DNA from: Daphnia carinata
Lineage: Eukaryota
Assembly: GCF_022539665.2 (NCBI RefSeq)
Contig: NC_081332.1
Location: 1,364,001-1,428,000 of the forward strand
Direction of reading: 5' to 3'
Length of the DNA stretch: 64,000 nt
A model generated the notes under the pieces. It did no database searches. It was not told where the DNA came from and worked only from the letters and a program-made list of their open reading frames with translations. Positions 23,297 to 33,814 of the stretch are shown here, in pieces; within the stretch, counting starts at the first letter, position 1, and the number at the start of each line of letters is the position of its first letter. A program made the translations under genes and the position numbers.

Positions 23297-26200
23297 ATTC
23301 GCATGTTTTAATGTTGGTTTGTGTTTAAGCTTAAGGGTATAGCTTAAACATTTCCTTTTCATTAGGATTTACACGTTTTGTGTGGCGAACAAGAGGAAAC
23401 CAACAAAAAAAAAACATCTCTCTTCTTGTGATCTGTTATTTCTTACCCCCCTCTAACACACAAGAGCAGCTCCACTAAAATAATAAAACAAAAATGTATA
23501 AGAAGAATGTCGAATTCTTTTGATTTTTACTGACACATTTTTTTCATTAGGATTTACACGGCTGGTTGTGGGTTCAATGGATGTTGGAGATTATCAATGA
23601 AATTGGTCTGTATTCATTGAGCATTGATGTTGTGAAGTCTGAGTGGCTGTGCATAATGTTACCATCTTGTTCTAGGTTACGTAGGATAGACAGATTGGGT
23701 GCCATTGCTTTGTGTAAATTGTGCCTCTACATCAATCAAGTAAGTTCATGATTATTTCTAGTTTTGGTTATACGACAATTTTCTAATGCTAGTTCTTTTT
23801 ATACAAAGCATGTTTCGCGTTTTCTCCTGTACGGCGTTTATGGCTACGACTAATTGGTGGAGTTAATATAATCCATGGTTTCGTCAAAATGCAAGCTGAC
23901 ATTTTAAACTTCTGATTGTTGCATTCTGGTTAGTCCCGTGGAATTAATGTTGCTTGTTAAGCGCAGATTTTTATTCCAAGAATTCGCTACTGGAGTTTTC
24001 TTCCTCGTGTGTGAACGGCGTTTGGCTCGGCCGTCGACGGTGCGTTGCTGCTCGTCTGTTGCTGCATTCTGTTGGGGGCTGCCTTTAGTCAGGTAGGCCA
24101 TCTGGAAGTGATGTGTGCAAGTTTTAAATGGATGGCAAAACTTACAAACCGTGGAGAAAGGGGATTGAAAGGGTAAGTGAAATATCCCTTTTATCTTTTC
24201 CTTCCTAACCATCTTTACATTGGTCCCATGGTGCTCTTTGATTTTACAGGTAGTGAGCCTTTTTTTCCTGAACGGTGGTTTGTTTCACAAGTTAACCGGC
24301 AGGAAAGGGTGGAAGTCTGATCCTTATTGATGAAGAAGAAGAGTTTAACAGACTGCTATCAGGAAATAAGTTTGTAGATAATATATTATCTGATTGATTA
24401 AAAAGGAAGAACTTTGATTTCAATTCCAACTCAACGGATATTACGAAACACTTCACTACAAAATGTTATTTATTTCTAAAATTTATGAAGAACTGTGCAA
24501 TTAACAAATCCAAGGCGTTTGACTGTTATATGGTTATTTTCCAATCGTCATCCCTTGGCTGGCCTTTGTTTAGTAACTTTAGTTCTTATTGCTTATCCAT
24601 TATTGTCTTCCACGAATTCAATAGCAGGTTCGTTAATTTTAGTGAAAATAGGTTTCAACATTTCAGTATTCTACTTAAATGGATATAGATTGCATCACTT
24701 ATTAAACAAGTAAATGACGTTAAAAATGCTTTTCGATGTCAGACTAAAACTATGTTAAACGAAGTAAATTAGGTTTTGGGGAGTTGAAATCAGACTATAA
24801 ATACAAAAATTTATTTGTTGTCATCAAACGGTAAAACAATAGAAAATTTATGTAAAAGAACAAATCGTTACACAGTGCAACGATTCATTGGCAAAGATCT
24901 ATTGTCGATGTTCCAATTAATGACGTCATTAGTTTTACAGGAAAATTTGTAACAATGTTGAAATAATGAACTGAAATTATCTTTGTATTCAACCATTTGA
25001 AAGATGAAACTATTGATCTGGATACTGTAATTTTTTGTATGTAGCATTATGTATGTTGAAATATTTTATCTAGAAGCAACTGATTCAGAAAAATCCATTA
25101 ACTCTAATCGTACATACCTTTCATTAACAAATTGTCATTAATAATTAAATTTTTGATACGTATTGTTCTTTAGTTAAGTAAAACATGTTTTTCAACGCTA
25201 TTTAATCTAAATAATTAATTTACCTAGAAACTTGGTGGTACGACATAATTTAATGTCATAGTCGAAGGTACGTCTGGCTAGTTTTTTCTGTGAGAGCGAG
25301 ACAAGTGTGTAGAGTGGAAAAATATGTTTTAATAATAGTACATGTGAACAATTTGTAACAAAAAGATTGAGTGTTTTGAGATCTTGAAAATTTAGAAAAA
25401 TTAATTTATCTTAAGCAAACGATAAGACGGCTATTGACATATTCACAAAGTCTGGCTTTACAAAGTCTAACTACGGCCGCCAGATGTCCTAAATCATTGT
25501 TATGAAAAGTTGTCAGAAGTGTGCTTGTGCTGTAGGTTTCCATTTAATAACAATGTAAACTTACGAGTGCCATCGTGTGAAGCCGATAAATTCTGATGGA
25601 TATAAAATAAAGGTGAGGATTTTGAAATATGCTCTTGGATTATTGTGTGTGTGGTATTGTTTTAAAGTGGTATATGAGTCGTATCTGAAAACTGAACTTT
25701 AAAAAGGCTAAATTGTAATAGTTAATGTTTGAAACTGCCCAGATCTTGGATACCGTGTAAAGAAAAACATAGTTCATTTTTTAATTTTTCGAAATTTTAA
25801 CTTCCGGTTTAAGATCCGGTTTGAAAATGCTTAATAACTCACTATCTGTTGGTCTGAACAAAAAATGACCGACATTTTCGTAATCCTCGTGAAATTTGGG
25901 GTCGAATCCATGTGTCAGTAGAAAATACCCGAAAATCGTCAAAAATCGCAAATTTCCCTGAACTATAGTTCAGGAAAAATCGCGATTTTGGCCAAATTGG
26001 ACTTTTCGCCAAAAACAGATCAAAATAGGTCAGACACACCTAAAATTTCATGAGGATCACGAAAATCGTATTCGTTTTGTTGTGGGCCCAGTATTTCTGG
26101 AGATATAGGCTACTTTCGGTCACTTCCGATAATTTTTTTTTTCAACTTTGCAAAAACTAAAAAATGAACATTAATATTCCAAACATTTTAAGCATGTTAA

Positions 26201-27511
26201 TCATTAGTGTAATGGTGTGGCGGCTTTTTTCGTGTTTTTTTACTAGTTTACTACTGGTTGATCGTGCAAGCTGCTTATCTAGATATGGTAAGCGCTATGT
26301 CCTATGTAAATTTTTTTTCCGATATCAACTTTGTCCGGCTTTTCATTGCTCGTAACAAACGAATATACTCGCTGGAAAGTTGCGTTCTGCGATTTTATGG
26401 GTATTATACATCTGTGATTCGTTTCGTTGTGTAATTAGTAGTTCAGAAGTTCTTCGTTACTTCCGATACACTTCGGAAATTTGCATATAAACAGTAAGGA
26501 ACCTTGAATCTAATCAATCACTGGGGGTATATTTAAAAATTGAGAATGCTTATCTCGGTTGCTTCGCATTAAAACCCGAAAGATTGAACACTACCGTCGT
26601 CTGTCATGTCCGCCATTAGCCATGTCACCATGCAAACATTTTTGCCCTGTTTTTTTTTTTAGTTTTCCCCCTGTTTTGTGCGTCTACATCAACGAGTAAG
26701 TAACGTACGATCATTACTTTTTATTCAGGCATTATTATTTTGCTTTATTGTTAGAATTAGGAAGATGGAAGCGTTTTATGTAAACCAGCAGTGATAAGTT
26801 GAACACAGATAGTAAGGAAGTCGATGCTCAGCTGTTGCCTTGGAAAATCAGCCGTATGATGTTTGTAGCGTAAAATATCTTTAAGCTCTTCTTCAGAGCA
26901 TAACAGAAAAATTGTTGGCAAATTGTTGAGTATTACTTGGCAGTGAGTCTCTTACATAGAATTCTGAGTAGAGGTTAAAGGATTGGCTTAACTTTTTCAA
27001 TAACGAGCACACTAGCTGAGCTATCAGCATTTAACTTATCAGCCTTTTTCATCTGTATCGTAATAATATAAACTAAATGGTTTATTAACCTTTTTCCAGT
27101 TTGTATTCAATATCGTGACTTCTGTTGTACTAAATATTTGTTTGTTTGAACTTCTTGAATCTACGTTCAACTAGCAAAGCTTTATGACAACTGTTTGTGA
27201 CAAACTCTTTTTGAAGAAGATTGAACATATGGAATGTTTGATAACCATTTAGCAAAGGATTTCTTTTGAATGCAAAACTATTTTACAGAAGTAACATTCC
27301 CTGTCTTCAGTCTGTTCATATTATGGTCCCAGTAATCCTGGGAAACTAAACGAGCTAGTTTTCGTTATTTAACTTGTATCATTTTTAAAGTCCCGGTAAA
27401 CCATAAACATACTTAGATCTCTTTTGTTAAATTCCTATGTTGTTCTTTTATCTAATTCCTTTACATCTGGTACATTTACATAGGGCCAATAAAAAGAAAA
27501 TCCTGATAGTC

Positions 27512-28000
27512 GCCTCATCGCCATCTCCATCGCCGCCTCCATCGCCTTCTCCTTCCCCGCCTCCATCGCCGTCTCCTTCGCCGCCTCCATCGCCGTCTCC
27601 TTCGCTGCCTCCATCGCCGTCTCCTTCGCTGCCTCCATCGCCGTCTCCTTCGCCGCCTCCATCACCGTCTCCTTCGCCGCCTCCATCGCCGTCTCCTTCG
27701 CCGTCTCCTTCGCCGTCTCCTTCGCCGTCTCCATTGCCGTCTCCATTGCCGTCTCCATTGCCGTCTCCATCGCCGTCTCCATCGCCATCTCCATCTCCAT
27801 CTCCATCTCCATCTCCATCTCCATCTCCATCTCCATCTCCATCTCCATCTCCATCTCCATCTCCATCTCCATCTCCATCTCCATCTCCATCTCCATCTCC
27901 ATCTCCATCTCCATCTCCATCTCCATCTCCATCTCCATCGCCGTCATCTCATCGCCGTCATCTCATCGCCGTCATCTCATCGCCGTCATCTCATCGCCAT
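27512..28000. repeat. Compound hexamer-based micro/minisatellite, (CCATCT)n core
   Basis: 24-bp units, then 12-bp units, then pure CCATCT (~27785-27936), then 15-bp CATCGCCGTCATCT-type units. Confidence 0.95.
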
Positions 28001-28411
28001 CTACGGGATTCGCCTTGGTATATTGTTTTGTTTTGTTTTGCATTCTAGTGTATAAGTTAACCTGTTGGCTGCCACGCCGTTTGCTCCTATTTTTTTTGGT
28101 AGTTGTAGGGACTTGGGCGCTGTTCTCCTCATGGCCATGGGGGGAACAGTCGCCATTGCGCCTAATGGCTTTATGCCATTTTTTACGGATTGCCATATTT
28201 TTATGGCAATCCGTTTTACATGAAAAAAAAAAAAAAAATGGCGGAAAAAAAAAAAAAATCGCACTTTTTTCTATTTTTTCTACCCGTAGCCATCTATCAG
28301 TCGGTTTCGTTATTACAGGCATGTAAGCAATTTGAGTTAATTGTATCCCATTAGCAGTTAATTGAGTAGCGTGGCTGGAGAACAACGCGTGGCTGGAGGA
28401 ACAATTGAAAA

Positions 28412-29125
28412 ATGGATAAGATAATAAAACAAAAAAATGGTAATTATAAACATTATTATATTGGTTTTCAATTATTAATTATTGTTTATTAGATCAAATT
28501 ATGAAGCTGCAGGCCCAGTTATTGGAACAACACAAAATATTAGATAACAAAGCTAAGGATCGTAGGCCTAACACGTAATGATTCTATTTATTTGCTTTTA
28601 TTCATTCGTGTTTTGTAGCTCAATTGAGTCTTCAAGCTCAGCTAGGGGAAAAGAACAAATTGGAACGGAACAGTTTCCAAACAGTGAAGGAGGTTTTTCA
28701 AAACTCATCTCTAACTGAACGTGAGGATGAGTTGGCATTAGGCGAACACAGCCAGGTACCTAAAGTTTTCAAATAAGAATTCAAAATAAGTATAGAATTT
28801 TAAAAAAACAATTATTTATTGCTTAGTTATTCAGTCCACCACATGACAGTGTGTTAAATTTAAATTCTGTTAGTGCTGCACTAAAAGAATCGTTAGTAAT
28901 AAGCTCATGCAGTGAAGGAACTGAACAATTGTGGGAACGTATTTGGGCCGAAAATGGGTGTGGTACAGAAACCCAGAAATGGCACAAGTTCAACATGAAA
29001 CATGGATTAGGTACTTTTCGGTTTTTTGTCTATCGAAAAAGTATTTTTAATGCTATTATTTTGCATTCACAGATTTTAACGGGGGATCAACTCAAGTCTG
29101 GAAGTGTTACAGGATGGAAGAGTGA
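28412..29125 (+). CDS. Putative small spliced coiled-coil protein gene in the left palindrome arm
   Basis: Five GT-AG exons join in frame: MDKIIKQKNDQIMKLQAQLLEQHKILDNKAKDPQLSLQAQLGEKNKLERNSF...VWKCYRMEE*. No family recognised. Confidence 0.45.
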
Positions 29126-30460
29126 GCCTACAGACGAAAAAACACTGAGAGTGCATTACCGTAAGGTGTGAGGTGAATTAATAGAGTAATGCAAATTGCC
29201 TAATGAGAAGTACCATCTTGTGTTAATGAATCCAGTACAACAGCAATCCTTTATAGTTCTGTCACAGCTAGAAGCCTCAAATAATTCTGCTTCTCTGTCT
29301 AAAGAACAACTTGTCCTTTACGTTCAGAGTGTTGGGGAAACTGGGTACTTAAATGGCCCTAAAGATGTTTTAATTTTGCTGCTATTGCAGAGATGAACAT
29401 CGTACATGGACTCTTTAGGTATGAAAGGATTTTTCTTCAAATAATTTTGAATTTATGACGAAGAATTTCTCCTCCTTTTCGCCAACCAGGTCTTATCTAC
29501 CAAAAAAAATTTTATCCAATAGGAAAGGATTTTCATGTACTGGGAACACAACTATCAACAATGCAACATTCTACAGGTGCTAGTTTATCATTCAAGAGCC
29601 TTATACAATGAAGTTAATCTGCAATTTGTATGTCCTTTCCCAAGCTTCCACCAGAAGTTGAATCTATGAGTCATGTAAGTTCCATGATCAACAATTGATG
29701 TGTTTAACGGTGTTGTTTTTCTTTTCTCAATATAGGTTAATAGTAAAATTGGATCTGAAAGATTCTTGGTTGGGGCAAGACACTGAATAAATTGTATTGA
29801 TTGGATGGATGACATGACATTGCTATACTTAATTCGGATTCCCGAGACGGTATTTGATATTAAAAAAATTGAAGTGCATATCTGGGCTCCCTTCTTTTCT
29901 GAAGCCCCGTTTCCCCTTGACTCATAATAAGCCCGTAGGGGGTCATGCCCCTACTGTACGGTATATATAAAAACAACATATACCGAGGTTTGGAGGGCTC
30001 TGGCCGGAAAGGGGACGTGGGGTGCCACTTCGTCCGATGATGTGTTCACGGAGGGTGACGTGGCTGCCCACAAATCCGAACTAAAGGTTAATCGCTCCTG
30101 TAAAAATGTTCCAAATCTTCAGCTCTTCTTCCGGCTTCTCTTAGCCAATCACCGGGTAATCTCCCCGGTGGGTCAACAAGGCAGTGTCTCCCCCTGCCTG
30201 GGTTGACGGCAACTTTTGAAAGGGCTATTGTGCCTTTTTAAAGTTGCAAAAATAATTGTAATGTGCAGAGAATTGTCAATAAAATTTTTTTTATAAAATA
30301 TTTTTTGCAAAATTCGTTTCTTTCATTGTCTGTGTTAGCTTTGTTCACACACTGCATTTATCAAATATTTTATTTGGCTTTGCTTTATTTGGTTTTTGTC
30401 ACATTAGATGGTAAGGTGACGGGTTTTGGTTTATCGTTTATCTGTAAGCATTCTATTATT

Positions 30461-30874
30461 ATCCAGGGATCGAACCCTGGATGTTTGGCATACCTCGCCG
30501 ATGCTCTACCAGTGAGCCACGAATCATATGATTTTAAGTTGGCTTCTTATTCTAGTCCCTTGTGGACTTGCATTTACACTTAGAATAAAACTGAAATGCA
30601 ATTCTGCAATATACTCTTCTACATTATTCTACTTCATTTTTACACATCTACTGAGGTTTGAACCCAGGGTAACAGGTATCGCAGATAAAAGCTCTACCAC
30701 AGAGCTAAGAACCTTATGGAAGCAATAGAAAGATAAACATATAGTTGTGAAAGACTGCATAAACATCCTAGACGATAACATATGATATGCGATAATAAAC
30801 TATTTAGATATATCTCGTGGCTCAATGTTAGAGCATCGGCGTTGCACGCTGAATGTCTGGGGATCGGTTCCCAT
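30461..30874. repeat. Three tRNA-derived (SINE-head-like) segments in the palindrome spacer
   Basis: 30461-30522 (-) reads TGGCTCACTGGTAGAGC...GGTTCGATCCC (A and B boxes); 30648-30710 (-) is degenerate; 30815-30874 (+) reads TGGCTCAATGTTAGAGC. None has an acceptor stem. Confidence 0.7.
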
Positions 30875-32524
30875 ACGAGTAAAACAAAATACAAAATTAC
30901 TTCATAAAATATCCAGATTATTCCTTAAATCTAAGTTGAAGAATTCAAGGAGTGTAATAAATAATACTTACAGATAAACGATAAACCAATGCAAGCAAGC
31001 TGAATATAAAAAGTGTAAAGTGTGAACACAGCGAATACAGACAATGAAAGAAACGAATTTTGCAAAAAATATTTTATAAAAAAAATTTTATTGACAATTC
31101 TCTGCGCATTACAATTATTTTTGCAACTTTAAAAAGGCACAATAGCCCTTTCAAAAGTTGCCGTCAACCCAGGCAGGGGGAGACACTGCCTTGTTGACCC
31201 ACCGGGGAGATTACCCGGTGATTGGCTAAGAGAAGCCGGAAGAAGAGCCGAAGATATGGAACATTTTTACAGGAGCGATTAACCTTTAGTTCGGATTTGT
31301 GGGCAGCCACGTCACCCTCCGTGAACACATCATCGGACGAAGCGGCACCCCACGTCCCCTTTCCGGCCAGAGCCCTCCAAACCTCGGTATATGTTATTTT
31401 TATATATACCGTACAGTAGGGGCATGACCCCCTACGGGCTTATTACGAGTCAAGGGGAAACGGGGCTTCAGAAAAGAAGGGAGCCCAGATATGCACTTCA
31501 ATTTTTTTAATATCAAATACCGTCTCGGGAATCCGAATTAAGTATAGCAATGTCATGTCATCCATCCAATCAATACAATTTATTCAGTGTCATGCCCCAA
31601 CCAAGATTTTTTTCAGATCCAATGTTACTATTAACCTACACTGAGAAAAGAAAAACAACACCATTAAGCATCTCAATTGTTGCTCATGTGACTTACATGA
31701 CTCATAGATTCAACTTCTGGCAGAAGCTCGGGAAAGGCCATACAAATTGTAGATGAAAATCATTGTATAAGGCTCTTGAAGGATAAAATAACACCCCTAG
31801 AATGTTGCATTGTTGATAGTTGTGTTCCCAGTAAGCTGAAAATCCTTTCCTATTGGATAAATTTTTTTTTTGTAGATTAGACATGGTTTGCAAAAAGGAG
31901 GAGAAAAGCTTCATCATAAATTCAAAAATTTTTCCAGAAAATTCCTTTCATACCTAAAGAGTCCATATATGATGTTCATCGCTGCAATGCCAGTGAAGTG
32001 AAACATCTTTAGGGCCATTTAAGTACCCAGCTTCACCAACACTCTGAGTGTAAAGGACAAGTTGCTCTTTAGCAAGAGAAGCAGAATTATTTGAGGCTTC
32101 TAGCTATAACAGAACTATAAAGGATTGCTGTTACACAGGATTCATTCACACAAGATGGTACTTCTCATTAGACAATTTGCATACTCTATTACTTTACCTC
32201 ATACCTTAATGGTAATGCACTTTCAGTGTTTTTCAACTGTAAGCTCACTCTTCCATCCTGTAACACTTCTAGACTTGACTTGATCCCCCACTAGAATTCT
32301 GTGAATGCAAAATAATAGCATTAAAAATACTTTTTCGATAGACAAAAAACCGAAAAGTACCTAATCCATGTTTCATGTTGAACTTGTGCCATTTCTGGGT
32401 TTCCGTACCACACCCATTTTCAGCCTAAATACGGTCACACAATTGTTCAATTCCTTCGCTGCATGGACTTATTACTAACAATTCTTTTAGTGCAGCACTA
32501 ACAGAATTTAACTTTAACACACTG

Positions 32525-32963
32525 TCAGGTGGTAGACTGAATAACTAAGCAATAAATAATTGTTTGTTAAAATTCTATACTTATTTTGAATTCTTATTTG
32601 AAAAGTTTAGGTACCTGACTGTTCGCCTAATGCCAATTCATCCTCATGTTCAGTTAGGGATGAGTTTGGAAAAACCTCCTTCACTGTTTGGAAACTGTTC
32701 CATTCCAATTTGTTCTTTTCCCCTAGCTGAGCTTGTAGACTCAAAATTTGAGCTACAAAACACAAATGAATAAAAGCAAATAAATAGAATCATTATGTAT
32801 AAGCCCTTACCATCCTTAGCTTTGCTGTTATCTAATATTTTGTGTTGTTCCAATAATTGGGCCTGCAGCTTCATAATTTGATCTAATAAACAATAATTAA
32901 TAATTGAAAACCAATATAATAATGTTTATACTTACCATCCTTTTGTTGTATTATCTTATCCAT
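32525..32963 (-). pseudogene. Second copy of the coiled-coil gene (right arm), shorter reading frame
   Basis: Same splice sites, two in-frame 3-nt insertions, and a 2-nt difference at the end of exon 3 giving ...VIQSTT*. Which copy carries the ancestral frame is unresolved. Confidence 0.4.
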
Positions 32964-33257
32964 TTTTCAATTGTTCCTCCAGCCACGCGTTATTCTCTCC
33001 ATCCACGCTACTGAACTAACTGCGAATGGCATCCAATGGACTGAAATTGCCTACGCCAGTAATAACGAGTCTGAGCGGTAGATGGCTACGTGTCGGAAAA
33101 AAAGAAAAAAGTGTGATTTTTTTTTTTTGGCGAAATTTTTTTTTTTTTTTTTGTGTAAAACGGATTGCCATATAAAAACGTATTGCCATAATAGAATAGC
33201 TCGCTCCCGACATTAAAGTCTGGTGAACCTTCAGCGCCATCTAGTGGAAATAAAGTA

Positions 33258-33814
33258 CAGCCAAGTTGTAAAAGCTTGAGAAAATAAGCCCGACTTTTCT
33301 TATTTTTTTTTTTTTACTTTTTCAAACACCTAGTTATTACCCCAATAATACGTGGTGTGGGTTAAGTAATTAACTACGATTATGGAAATCAAATTATTTT
33401 GACTTGGGAATGGAAATAAATTTTGGCCAGGTTGTAAAATTAAGCCCGACAAACAAAATAAGCCCGACTTTTCCTATTCTTTCTTTATTTTTTCAAAAAC
33501 CTACATATTACTCCAATAATAAATGCTGTGGATGTAGTGTTTAACTATGATGACGTAAATCAAGTTTTTTTTTACTTGGGAACTCTAGTTTATGATTTGT
33601 TTAAATTCAGTGTGGTTGCCATAAGACCAGTTTGATTTCGTTTTATTCAAAAACCACTTAGTTGGCGGGAAAGCTAATATTTTACCTATAATCATTAGTT
33701 TATTTTCGATAGGGTAGATAAAGTTTCATCAAATCCCAAGTCAAAATATTAACCCTAGCTGAGAAAAGTTGAGGCTCGAGTTTATTTTGTAGGGCTTATT
33801 TTTAAACCTGACTG
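33258..33814. mobile_element. Probable Tc1/mariner-type MITE with internal ~170-bp tandem duplication
   Basis: TA|CAGCCAAGTTGTAAAA ... TTTAAACCTGACTG|TA imperfect TIRs with TA flanks; repeated AAAATAAGCCCGAC. A related partial copy lies at ~34548-34685. Confidence 0.5.

Larger units (their letters stand above)
21800..24400 (+). ncRNA. Putative spliced non-coding host transcript (short exons, no coherent ORF)
   Basis: Run of + strand donors and acceptors (e.g. GTAAGT 21987, TTTACAG 22090, TTTACAG 22540, GTTAGT 22884, TTCATTAG 23365, TTTTACAG 24249). Pyrimidine-rich start near 21800. No joinable reading frame found. Boundaries are approximate. Confidence 0.5.
28186..33190. repeat. ~5-kb palindrome: arms ~28186-30460 and ~30955-33190, with a ~500-bp spacer
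   Basis: The right arm is the reverse complement of the left along its whole length, e.g. GCGTGGCTGGAGGAACAATTGAAAAATGGATAAG vs CTTATCCATTTTTCAATTGTTCCTCCAGCCACGC. Confidence 0.95.

Noticed and set aside
27435..28048. Long ORFs encoding (EM)n and (SP)n repeats
   Set aside because: By-products of a stop-free hexamer satellite; no gene context.
31278..31286. TAACCT in the structured core as a possible telomerase template for TTAGG
   Set aside because: Only 6 nt match, expected by chance; duplicated repeat context.
33270..33600. Repeats with intervening sequence superficially like a CRISPR array
   Set aside because: Eukaryotic context, only two long degenerate units, no cas genes.
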